The position numbers and the translations under genes are program-made. The notes under the pieces were generated by a model, which had not been told where the DNA came from, did no database searches, and saw only the letters and a program-made list of their open reading frames with translations. A stretch of 64,000 nt of DNA from Clostridia bacterium. Its GTDB lineage: Bacteria > Bacillota > Clostridia > Oscillospirales > CAG-272. This document shows, in pieces, positions 25,561-33,661 of the stretch; position 1 is the stretch's first letter; each line of letters starts with the position of its first letter. The DNA lies in contig JAFTKJ010000011.1 of NCBI GenBank assembly GCA_017453305.1, forward strand, positions 3,729 to 67,728, written 5' to 3'.

Positions 25561-25665
25561 ATTTTCTACACTTTGACAAAAAGCAAAATTTAATTTTCGC
25601 GCTTTCAACAGCTTTTTGACACAAAAACAACCTCAAAAAGCAACCTTCCAAAGCCGATTTTGCGC

Positions 25666-25719
25666 AAAAAAGTCGACCGTTTGGCAGATCCTTCTACAAA
25701 AATCCACCAAACGATCGAC
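25666..25719 (-). terminator. Rho-independent terminator after sufB
   Basis: On the minus strand a 13-bp stem (GUCGAUCGUUUGG / CCAAACGGUCGAC, one mismatch) is followed by UUUUUU. Confidence 0.7.
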
Positions 25720-25756
25720 TCAACCGCACGCCCAATTACGCGCCGATTTGATTGTA

Positions 25757-26674
25757 TTACTTCAAAAATCCGTTGACAATATGCTCCTCGGCTTCTTTTT
25801 CGGAAAGCCCCAACGTCATCAGCTTGATCAGCTGTTCCCCTGCAATCTTTCCGATTGCCGCCTCGTGGATCAAGGAAGCGTCCACGTGATTTGCCTCGAT
25901 CTGCGGCAGAGCCGTGACCTGAGCATCATCCATAATGATTGCATCACACTCGGTATGTCCCGAGCACTTGTTATTTCCGTTGACGTGAGACAAAAAGCTC
26001 TGACGGCTTTGGTCCTTTGCAACGGAGCGTGAGATCACGTGTGTACCGCAATCCTCGCCATTGAGATCAACGGTAAAGTTGGTCTCGGCAAATTGCGTGC
26101 CGTGCGTCATAATCTTCTCGCGAACAATGAGCGTCGCGCCATCGTCCAAGGTCGCCTTGGTGTCACGCCTGGTGGAATCCACCCCCTTGATTTGCGCGGT
26201 CTCCATTTCCATATAGCTGTTTTTGCCAAGGACAGCTATCGTCGTGGGGTTCATCACGTTCTTTCCCGTGCCCTCACCGTCACCGTAGTGCTTTTCAATA
26301 TACTTGACCTTGGCACCCTCGCCCAAATAAAAGGCGTGAATACCGCTATGCTCGCTTTCAAGGCTGCCGCTGTTATGAATTCCACAGCCCGCCACGATGG
26401 TGATATCGCAGTCGGCGCCGATGTGAAAATCGTTGTAGACCAGCTCCTTCAACCCCGTTTGCGAAAGCAGAACGGGAATATGCAAGCTCTCTTTTTTGGT
26501 ACCGGGCTTAACGTAAATATCAATTCCGGACTTGTCCTCTTTTTTGACAATGGTAATATTTTCGGAGTCGTTTTTACCGTACAGATTGCCGTTGATGCGC
26601 AAGGAGTACGCCCCCTGCGGAACGTCATGCAGATCAGCGATCTGCTCTAACAGATTCTTTTGAATTGCATCCAT
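25757..26674 (-). CDS. sufB: SufB/SufD-family Fe-S cluster assembly protein (short clostridial form, 305 aa)
   Basis: Beta-helix-type sequence (IVAGCGIHNSGSLESEHSGIHAFYLGEGAKVKYIEKHYG). It is translationally coupled (TAATG) to the upstream SufC-like ATPase. The family assignment comes from the pairing and sequence character. Confidence 0.7.
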   Translation of the reverse strand: MDAIQKNLLEQIADLHDVPQGAYSLRINGNLYGKNDSENITIVKKEDKSGIDIYVKPGTKKESLHIPVLLSQTGLKELVYNDFHIGADCDITIVAGCGIHNSGSLESEHSGIHAFYLGEGAKVKYIEKHYGDGEGTGKNVMNPTTIAVLGKNSYMEMETAQIKGVDSTRRDTKATLDDGATLIVREKIMTHGTQFAETNFTVDLNGEDCGTHVISRSVAKDQSRQSFLSHVNGNNKCSGHTECDAIIMDDAQVTALPQIEANHVDASLIHEAAIGKIAGEQLIKLMTLGLSEKEAEEHIVNGFLK

Positions 26675-27390
26675 TATTTGCGCACCTCCTCAAAGAAACG
26701 GCACCCAGCCTGCACGCCCAAAAGCTCGGGCAGGATCTCGTTCTTGGTCCCGTAAGCCGCGACCTTGCCGTCCGCAATCACGATGATCTTATCGGCAATG
26801 TCCAAAATGCGCTCTTGGTGTGAAATAATCAGGATCATCCCTTTGGTTCTTTCGTACATGTTGCGAAAAACCTGGATCAGATTGTTAAAGCTCCAAAGAT
26901 CGATTCCCGCCTCCGGCTCGTCAAAAACCGAAAGCTTTGTGCCGCGCGCGTTGATCATCGCGATCTCGATGCGCTTCAATTCACCGCCCGAGAGTGAGCC
27001 ATCCACCTCGCGGTTGATATAATCCTTTGCGCAAAGACCGACCTCGGACAAATACGAGCAAGCCTCGGCAACCGAAATGTTTTTGCCCGACGCAATGGAG
27101 ATCAGCTCCTTGACGGTAATGCCCTTAAAGCGCACGGGCTGCTGAAATGCGAAGCTGATGCCGCACTTTGCGCGCTCGGTGATCGACAAACCTGTAATAT
27201 CCTCCCCATCCAAAAGAATTTGACCGGAGGTAGGAACGTAGATTCCCGCAACAAGCTTTGCCATTGTGGATTTTCCGCTTCCGTTGGGACCGGTGATCGC
27301 GACGAAACGATCATCGATCTGCAGGCTGACGTCACGGATGATCTCCTTGTGGTCGGGAGTTTCATAAGATACGTGTTTGAATTCTAACAT
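26674..27390 (-). CDS. sufC: SufC-type ABC ATPase
   Basis: Walker A GPNGSGKST, signature LSGGELKR, Walker B LSVFDEPEAGID, H-loop IISHQ. There are no adjacent permease genes. Confidence 0.8.
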   Translation of the reverse strand: MLEFKHVSYETPDHKEIIRDVSLQIDDRFVAITGPNGSGKSTMAKLVAGIYVPTSGQILLDGEDITGLSITERAKCGISFAFQQPVRFKGITVKELISIASGKNISVAEACSYLSEVGLCAKDYINREVDGSLSGGELKRIEIAMINARGTKLSVFDEPEAGIDLWSFNNLIQVFRNMYERTKGMILIISHQERILDIADKIIVIADGKVAAYGTKNEILPELLGVQAGCRFFEEVRK

Positions 27391-27444
27391 GAATAAGTCC
27401 TTTGTGTTGTAATAGTCTTGTTTTTTGCAAAATATGCCTTTTTT

Positions 27445-27458
27445 GCAATACGTATTGC
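27445..27458. promoter_or_regulatory. Perfect 14-nt palindrome GCAATACGTATTGC upstream of sufC
   Basis: Read directly from the sequence. It lies 55-68 nt upstream of the sufC ATG and 10 nt after the GH30 stop. Its function is unknown. Confidence 0.3.
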
Positions 27459-27467
27459 GTTATTTGC

Positions 27468-28766
27468 TCAAGCAATGACGTTTGCAGACAAGGAATTCGC
27501 GGGAAGCGTAAAGGCGGTAACACGTCCGTTCATACGCACGTTCACCTCTTGCTCCTCGCCTGAGGTATTGAGCACAAACAGAATGACTCTGCCGTCCTGC
27601 TTTTTCACAGCAGCCTCGCAAAGCGCCGAGGAGGCGGACGTGGTGGTTACCACAACGTCGCCGCGCTCAATCTCGCTTGAGATTGTCTTAATTACGCCGT
27701 AGATGCCGTCGGTAATCACGCCGTGTGTCTTTTCGTCATAGTAAAGCGCCGCCGCGCAACCGCCCGTGGTACGGCAATGGTAGGGACCGCCCTCCACTGC
27801 ATCCAAAATCAGGTTCCAATCGCAAACGCCTATCGCGCCGTGGCGCAGGCAGGAGATGTACTCCTTCGCATAATCGGTATTGCGTCTGTCATCGTCAAAG
27901 CTCTCGGAGCTTTCGTGGCACAGCTCGGTCTCAAAAATCGCCTTTTCGGGGTACATGGCGCGAAATACGTCCACAGCATCGAAATGGTCGCCCGAATACC
28001 AATGGAAGCCCATGCCCCATATTGCTTCTTGCGAACCGTCTACGGAAAAGCTTTCGCACGCACGGTCGATGATGCGCTCACGGTTGTGATCCCAAATGAT
28101 GATCTTCACATCGGACAAACCGCCCTGATCCAGCGCCGGACGCAAATAATTGACTGCAAAATCCACTTCCTGCTCCGCCGTATAAAGACAGCTTTCCCAG
28201 GTTTGTACTGCATGTGCCTCATTTTGCACCGTGACAGCACCAATCTTAATACCTTCTGCGGCATACGCCTGAATGAATTTGACAAAATATGCAGCGTAGG
28301 TGGGATAGAACTCCTTCTTAAGGCTGCCTCCACCGATCAAGGAATTGTTATCCTTCATAAACGCGGGAGGACTCCAGGGAGAGGCAAACAAAAACAGCTT
28401 ATCACCAACTACCTTTTGCGCATCCTTGATCATGGGAATGACGTACTTTTTGTCTCGCTCGATGTTGAAATCGGAAAGATCCTCACAGTATGCTTCACTG
28501 TAAAGATCCAAAGCAAAGTCGCAAGAGCCGATGTGTACGCGCCCCATTGTATAACCCGCGCCCTCGGCGGGATCGAAATACTTTTTCAGCACCTCTTGCT
28601 TTGCCTTGGGAGACATTTGCGCATAATTATACGCCGCCGCCTCGGTAAACGCACCGCCAAAGCCAAGAATCGTCTTTTTTTCCAGCTCGGGATATATGTT
28701 GATCATATGCATTTCTTCCTCGGGACGGTGATTCCCAAGTTGACGCATTTCTTTTAACAGCTTCAT
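27468..28766 (-). CDS. Glycoside hydrolase family 30 (glucosylceramidase-like), cytoplasmic
   Basis: GFGGAFTEAAAYN, ASPWSPPAFMK and TVQNEA (acid/base Glu context) motifs. Alternative starts are ATG 28712 and ATG 28706 behind GAGGAAGAA. Confidence 0.8.
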   Translation of the reverse strand: MKLLKEMRQLGNHRPEEEMHMINIYPELEKKTILGFGGAFTEAAAYNYAQMSPKAKQEVLKKYFDPAEGAGYTMGRVHIGSCDFALDLYSEAYCEDLSDFNIERDKKYVIPMIKDAQKVVGDKLFLFASPWSPPAFMKDNNSLIGGGSLKKEFYPTYAAYFVKFIQAYAAEGIKIGAVTVQNEAHAVQTWESCLYTAEQEVDFAVNYLRPALDQGGLSDVKIIIWDHNRERIIDRACESFSVDGSQEAIWGMGFHWYSGDHFDAVDVFRAMYPEKAIFETELCHESSESFDDDRRNTDYAKEYISCLRHGAIGVCDWNLILDAVEGGPYHCRTTGGCAAALYYDEKTHGVITDGIYGVIKTISSEIERGDVVVTTTSASSALCEAAVKKQDGRVILFVLNTSGEEQEVNVRMNGRVTAFTLPANSLSANVIA

Positions 28767-28802
28767 AATACTTCCCCTTTTTATATTGCAAGATTCTATA
28801 AT

Positions 28803-28831
28803 ATTTTATCTTTTTTTTGACGAAAAAGCAA
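28803..28831 (-). promoter_or_regulatory. Candidate sigma-A promoter for GH30 (TTGCTT-17-TAAAAT)
   Basis: Minus strand reads TTGCTTtttcgtcaaaaaaaagaTAAAAT. It lies about 35 nt upstream of ATG 28766. Confidence 0.4.
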
Positions 28832-28954
28832 GAACCACCGTGTATTTTGATGTTAACTTTCTGTGAACGTTTCAAAAGTTCTGCTTTTTCGTGTTATAAT
28901 ATGGAAAAAAGCGCTTTTAAACAGCAAAATTCGATAATTAGAATTATTCTTTTT

Positions 28955-29761
28955 CTATATTTCTGCCGCCCGAAGCGTAATTTCGCCGCTGTAAAGACGA
29001 ATTCGTTCACCGCCATCCGTTTCCACCTGCAAAGCACCGTCTGCATCTATCTCTGCGGCAGTTCCCTCGCGCCAGGCTCCGTTCTGCATCCAGCGCACGC
29101 GTTTCCCAATCACGCAAGAGTACGTGCGGTAATCCGCAAGCCAGGAGCGATTGGAAGGATCGTCCAGATACGGTGCCAGCTCCCGATAGATCTCCGCAAT
29201 CAACGTTTGCGCATCCAGTGCGCGTGCGCCCACCGACCCGGCAATCTCACGTAGCTCCGACGGAAAATCCTCGGTGCTGATATTTACGCCGATGCCGATG
29301 ATCATAAACCGACTGCTTTCCAGTCCCGTTCCTTCCACCAAAATACCGCAGATCTTTTTGCCGTTCAGATACAGGTCGTTGACCCATTTGATCTCTGCCT
29401 GCAATCCTGTCAGTGTGCGAATGGCACGCATCACGGCAACAGACGCGGCAGAGGTCACCGTAACTGCGTCGGTCAACTCCCCACTTACGCGGCACAGCAC
29501 GCTGAAATATGCTCCCGTATCCGCAGGAGAATAAAAGCTCCGCCCCATTCTGCCCCGCCCCATGCTTTGCGTACGCGCGGTGATCAAAGCACGCGCGCCC
29601 TCAAAGCCACCGCAAACCATTCTCTTTGCCTCGGCATTGGTGGAATCGATCTCGTCAAAGCATTGGATCTGCAAGCCCTCAAACGCCTGTGCAAGAGCAT
29701 CCAGTGCCGCATGACGATCATTCTTGTTTTTGCTGTTCTTCTGCATCATTTTTCTCCGCAA
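28955..29761 (-). CDS. birA: Biotin--[acetyl-CoA-carboxylase] ligase (class I, no HTH)
   Basis: GRGRMGRSFYSP biotin-binding loop. Downstream KWVNDLYLNGKKICGILVE. Confidence 0.85.
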   Translation of the reverse strand: MRRKMMQKNSKNKNDRHAALDALAQAFEGLQIQCFDEIDSTNAEAKRMVCGGFEGARALITARTQSMGRGRMGRSFYSPADTGAYFSVLCRVSGELTDAVTVTSAASVAVMRAIRTLTGLQAEIKWVNDLYLNGKKICGILVEGTGLESSRFMIIGIGVNISTEDFPSELREIAGSVGARALDAQTLIAEIYRELAPYLDDPSNRSWLADYRTYSCVIGKRVRWMQNGAWREGTAAEIDADGALQVETDGGERIRLYSGEITLRAAEI

Positions 29762-29789
29762 TTTACTTTATTTAAAAGAGGATCACGTT

Positions 29790-30431
29790 ATGGATATCAA
29801 CGTTCTTTATGAGGACTCTCACGTCATCGTTGCCGTCAAGCCGAGCAACCTCATCTCCGAATCAACGCCGGATCAAAAAGGGTTCGCCGACCTGCTCGCG
29901 GCGCACACAAACGGCTATATCGGCACCGTGCATCGCCTTGATCACGGCGTCGGCGGAGTCATGGTCTATGCCAAAACTCCGTCCGCAGCATCAAAACTTT
30001 CCGCACAGCTGCAGCAGCATCTATTGCGCAAGGAATATCTTGCCGTCGTTCACGGTGTCCCAAGCCCTTCGTCCGATTCTATGAGCGATCTGCTGTTTCA
30101 CGATCGCAACAAAAATAAGACCTTTGTCGTTGATCGTGAACGCGCAGGAGTCAAGCGTGCTCTTTTGGACTACGTGACGCAAAAAACAGTGGAATCCGAC
30201 ACTTACGGCACACTCTCCCTGGTGCGTGTGATCCTTCACACAGGACGCACCCATCAGATCCGCGTTCAGTTTGCCTCCCGTGGGCTTCCGTTGCTGGGAG
30301 ACGGTAAATACGGCGCACGAGGCGACCGTTGTCCCATCGCACTCTTTTCGACCAAGCTCTGCTTCCGTCACCCTGCCACGGGCAAGGAGATGGAATTTTC
30401 ATCCCCCTGGGAGCCTGACGTGCTCATGTAA
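29790..30431 (+). CDS. RluA-family pseudouridine synthase
   Basis: HRLDHGVGGVMVYAK (catalytic Asp) and GRTHQIRVQ motifs. Start at MDINVLYED behind AAAAGAGGA. Confidence 0.85.
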   Translation: MDINVLYEDSHVIVAVKPSNLISESTPDQKGFADLLAAHTNGYIGTVHRLDHGVGGVMVYAKTPSAASKLSAQLQQHLLRKEYLAVVHGVPSPSSDSMSDLLFHDRNKNKTFVVDRERAGVKRALLDYVTQKTVESDTYGTLSLVRVILHTGRTHQIRVQFASRGLPLLGDGKYGARGDRCPIALFSTKLCFRHPATGKEMEFSSPWEPDVLM

Positions 30432-30459
30432 TAAAAGTGTTGTGCCAATAGAAGCCTAA

Positions 30460-30501
30460 CCCGAAACCGACGCGCATGTCTGCGCGTCGGTTTCGGGTTT
30501 T
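30460..30501. terminator. Bidirectional terminator between convergent rluA-family gene and nahK
   Basis: A 17-bp perfect stem (CCCGAAACCGACGCGCA / TGCGCGTCGGTTTCGGG) with a 4-nt loop is followed by TTTT on the plus strand. Confidence 0.85.
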
Positions 30502-30504
30502 CAA

Positions 30505-31581
30505 TTAGTAGCGTGCAACAATCTCCGCCATCTTGGGCAGGTACTGCTCGATCTCGGATACGAGCTTAAACTGCGTGCGGCAACGATCCAGGTTGTGGTT
30601 TTCGCGGTGGATCGAGAAATAAACGTCTCCGTTGAGGTGGTCGGCAAGAAAGCGAATGCCGATCTCCAACGTGATGATCAACGCGGACAGAGGCATCAGT
30701 TCTCTCTCCTTCGGAGTCACACTGTCGCCCAACTCCTCTAAGAACGCGGCGGTAAATGCCTCGAATTTTTCCAGATCGAAATGGATCTTACCTAGGTCAG
30801 TCTCATCCTCGGCTCCCGTGGATGCGCCAAAACGAAGCGCATCACCGTAGTCGTACAGCATCGAGCCGGGCATTACGGTATCCAGGTCGATCACACAAAT
30901 GCCTTTACGCGTCTTTGCATCCAAAAGGACGTTGTTGAGCTTGGTATCGTTGTGTGTCACGCGAAGCGGAACCGTTCCCTCTGCAATGGCGTCGGTAATG
31001 GCGGTTGCGTACTTGGCATAAGCGCGCGCAAAGGCGATCTCCTCGGCAACGCTTGCGGCTCTCCCTGCGGCATCCTTTGCAATGGCATCCTCCAATTGGG
31101 CAAAACGGTTTGCTGTATCATGGAATTTTTCAATCGTTTCATACAAACGGTCAGCAGGGAAATTTGCCAACATGCGCTGAAATCTGCCAAACCCGTGTGC
31201 CGCCTCGGCAAAATCGGCAGGTGTTTGCGCTTGCTCAAGGGAGATGGTATCTTCTACGAAATAATACGCTCTGTAGTAGTCGCCGTCCGCATCCTTGTAG
31301 TACGGCAACCCCTCCTTGGTGCGCAAAAAGGTCAGCGTCTCCTTTTTGGGGTCACCGCCGCTCTTTTCAATCTCTTCGCGCAGATAGGAGGTCACAGCCA
31401 TGATGTTCTCCATCACCTCTTCGGGGCGACGGAAAACATTGGTGTTGATTCGTTGCAGGATCACACGGGGCGTGCAATCCACCAAAAACGTGCTATTGAT
31501 GTGCCCGTTTCCGTGCGGCAATGCATCTGCCTTGATGTTAAACTGCTCCAAAATATGTACTAATTTTTCCATGATTGACAT
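30505..31581 (-). CDS. nahK: N-acetylhexosamine 1-kinase-like APH-family kinase
   Basis: GNGHINSTFLV, RVTHNDTKLNNVLLD, IDLDTVMPGSMLYDYGDALRFGAS and FLADHLNGDVYF closely match my recollection of Bifidobacterium longum NahK. Confidence 0.75.
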   Translation of the reverse strand: MSIMEKLVHILEQFNIKADALPHGNGHINSTFLVDCTPRVILQRINTNVFRRPEEVMENIMAVTSYLREEIEKSGGDPKKETLTFLRTKEGLPYYKDADGDYYRAYYFVEDTISLEQAQTPADFAEAAHGFGRFQRMLANFPADRLYETIEKFHDTANRFAQLEDAIAKDAAGRAASVAEEIAFARAYAKYATAITDAIAEGTVPLRVTHNDTKLNNVLLDAKTRKGICVIDLDTVMPGSMLYDYGDALRFGASTGAEDETDLGKIHFDLEKFEAFTAAFLEELGDSVTPKERELMPLSALIITLEIGIRFLADHLNGDVYFSIHRENHNLDRCRTQFKLVSEIEQYLPKMAEIVARY

Positions 31582-31637
31582 TTTTCCCTTTCAATCTTAA
31601 AATTTTTCAAATTTATCTTTAAAAAAGGAGAAACCTA

Positions 31638-31666
31638 TTGACTTTCCTTTTTGGGTGTGCTATGAT
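31638..31666 (+). promoter_or_regulatory. Sigma-A promoter for araC-nagB (TTGACT-17-TATGAT, TGn)
   Basis: TTGACTttcctttttgggtgtgcTATGAT. It lies about 40 nt upstream of ATG 31706. Confidence 0.5.
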
Positions 31667-31705
31667 TATATTATAGCATATCCAAACACAAATAGATATG
31701 CAGAA

Positions 31706-33307
31706 ATGGACGTAAAACCTTTGAAAACAGCCAAAGAATTTCGTGATAACCAAGTCAGTCCGCTGACAGACTGCGGTATTGCCCGCTGTCCGGACGTTTT
31801 GGCGTTCCACCGTTCTCTGGACCGCCGCTTTGACAAAAACCATAATTACCTTGGGGAGCGACACCCGTTTTACGAGCTTGTTTACGTTGCGGAGGGCACC
31901 GTCGGCATCACCGCCGAGGAGGAAGTCTACACGCTGAGCGCCGGGCAGATGCTTTTGCATCAGCCAAATGAATTTCACCGCATCTGGTCGGAGTTCGGAA
32001 GCTGTCCGCACGTGCTCAATCTCTCCTTCTTTGCCGCCGCCGTTCCGTCGTTTTCCTCACGCATTTTGCAATTGTCCGAGCTTGACCAAGCCGAGCTGTT
32101 TGACATCAGCGCGTGCGCAACCCGCGGATTGAATAACAACGACCGCGCGCTGTTGAACGAAACGCGCATTCGCTTGGAGCTATGGCTGTTGCGTATGACA
32201 AAGAGCGAGAGCAACGTCACAACAGAGCACCTCATCCTGCCATCCGCAATCCGCTACGCCGAGATCGTCACCGTTTTGCACGATCATCTGCACGAGCAAC
32301 TCAGTGCTCAGCAGATCGCAGAGCTTTGCAACATCAGCCTCTCTGCCTTAAAAAAGATATTTACCCGATACGCGGGCATGGGTGTATCGCGCTATTTTAC
32401 CGAAATGAAGATGCGCTACGCCTCCGAGCAACTACAGTCAGGCATGCGCGTAGGCGAGGTTGCCGCGTCCCTGGGATATTTTGACCAGAACTACTTTAGC
32501 ACCGTGTTCCGCCGCGTGATGGGAGCGCCTCCCGGCACTTATCGCACAGCGGACAAGAAAAATGAAACTCGTATTGAAAGAAAGGAAAAAAGCACAATGA
32601 AATTTATCACAGTTCCCTCTTACGATAAAATGAGCCGACACGCGGCAAACATCATCTCGGCGCAGATCATTATGAAGCCGCAAAGCGTCATTGGCCTTGC
32701 AACCGGTTCCTCTCCCATCGGCGTTTACAAGCAGCTGATTGATTGGTACAACAAGGGTGACCTCGACTTTTCGGGCGTGACCTCCGTCAATCTGGACGAG
32801 TACGTTGGTCTGACCGAAACAGACTCCCAAAGCTACCGTTACTTTATGCAAACGAATTTCTTCGACCATATCAACATCCACCGCGAGAACACCTTCGTCC
32901 CCAACGGGTGTGCCGAGGATATGGACCGCGAGTGTGCCGAATACGACAGCCGCATTGAGCGTCTGGGCGGTATTGATCTGCAGCTGTTGGGCATTGGACT
33001 TGACGGGCACATTGGATTTAACGAGCCCGCAAGCATTTTTGTAAAGAACACCCACGTGGTCGATCTGCACGAATCCACCATCCGCGCAAACGCACGCTTC
33101 TTTGAAAACGAGAGCGACGTTCCGCGCCAGGCAATCACCATGGGCATGGTCTCCATCATGCAGGCAAAAAAGATCCTGCTCATCGCCAACGGAAAGGCGA
33201 AAAAGGACATCGTTCAGCGCGCATTCTACGGGCCGATCACACCCGAGATCCCTGCATCGATCCTGCAGCTCCACCCCGATCTGACCGTTGTGTTCAGCGA
33301 AGAATAA
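31706..33307 (+). CDS. AraC/XylS-family regulator (cupin + HTH) whose reading frame continues without a stop into NagB (533-aa fusion ORF)
   Basis: Cupin part HPFYELVYVAEGTVGI. AraC HTH ends at RRVMGAPPGTYR. A 17-aa linker TADKKNETRIERKEKST follows, then MKFITVPSYD... in the same frame. No SD is visible at 31706. Confidence 0.6.
   Translation: MDVKPLKTAKEFRDNQVSPLTDCGIARCPDVLAFHRSLDRRFDKNHNYLGERHPFYELVYVAEGTVGITAEEEVYTLSAGQMLLHQPNEFHRIWSEFGSCPHVLNLSFFAAAVPSFSSRILQLSELDQAELFDISACATRGLNNNDRALLNETRIRLELWLLRMTKSESNVTTEHLILPSAIRYAEIVTVLHDHLHEQLSAQQIAELCNISLSALKKIFTRYAGMGVSRYFTEMKMRYASEQLQSGMRVGEVAASLGYFDQNYFSTVFRRVMGAPPGTYRTADKKNETRIERKEKSTMKFITVPSYDKMSRHAANIISAQIIMKPQSVIGLATGSSPIGVYKQLIDWYNKGDLDFSGVTSVNLDEYVGLTETDSQSYRYFMQTNFFDHINIHRENTFVPNGCAEDMDRECAEYDSRIERLGGIDLQLLGIGLDGHIGFNEPASIFVKNTHVVDLHESTIRANARFFENESDVPRQAITMGMVSIMQAKKILLIANGKAKKDIVQRAFYGPITPEIPASILQLHPDLTVVFSEE
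32597..33307 (+). CDS. nagB: Glucosamine-6-phosphate deaminase module (possible independent internal start)
   Basis: GLATGSSPIGVYKQL, NLDEYVGL and GIGLDGHIGFNEP motifs. AAAGGAAAAAA lies 6 nt upstream of ATG 32597. Confidence 0.85.
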   Translation: MKFITVPSYDKMSRHAANIISAQIIMKPQSVIGLATGSSPIGVYKQLIDWYNKGDLDFSGVTSVNLDEYVGLTETDSQSYRYFMQTNFFDHINIHRENTFVPNGCAEDMDRECAEYDSRIERLGGIDLQLLGIGLDGHIGFNEPASIFVKNTHVVDLHESTIRANARFFENESDVPRQAITMGMVSIMQAKKILLIANGKAKKDIVQRAFYGPITPEIPASILQLHPDLTVVFSEE

Positions 33308-33316
33308 TACATCCCG

Positions 33317-33346
33317 AAAGGAAGCCGAAGTCGGCTTCCTTTTTTG
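33317..33346. terminator. Terminator between convergent nagB and trxA
   Basis: An 11-bp stem (AAAGGAAGCCG / CGGCTTCCTTT) with loop AAGT is followed by TTTT on the plus strand. Confidence 0.75.
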
Positions 33347-33352
33347 CTTCTG

Positions 33353-33661
33353 TCAATCCAAAAGACCCAAAATCGCCGCCTTGGGCTGAACCCCCATCGT
33401 CTGATTTACGGGCTTGCCGTCCTTGAATACGATCAGCGTGGGAATGCTCATAATGCCAAAGCGCATTGCAAGCTCCTCTTCCTCGTCTACGTTGACCTTG
33501 CCTACCTTGATATCCGTTCTCTCCTCGGCGATCTCATCCACTACGGGAGAGAGCATGCGGCACGGTCCACACCATGCTGCCCAAAAATCCAAGAGCACGG
33601 GCTTTTCGGAGTTGAGGACCTCCGATTCAAAATTCTTTGACGTAATGGTAATTACTGGCAT
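33353..33661 (-). CDS. trxA: Thioredoxin
   Basis: [10 protein letters not shown] active site. Start at [11 protein letters not shown] behind AAGGAGA. Confidence 0.9.
   Translation of the reverse strand: MPVITITSKNFESEVLNSEKPVLLDFWAAWCGPCRMLSPVVDEIAEERTDIKVGKVNVDEEEELAMRFGIMSIPTLIVFKDGKPVNQTMGVQPKAAILGLLD

Noticed and set aside
28817-29254. A plus-strand ORF (145 aa) preceded by a good extended -10 (TGTTATAAT, ~28893..28901), antisense to the birA 3' end.
   Set aside because: The protein sequence is implausible and overlaps birA antisense. The -10-like element may give an antisense transcript, but there is no convincing -35 or coding potential.
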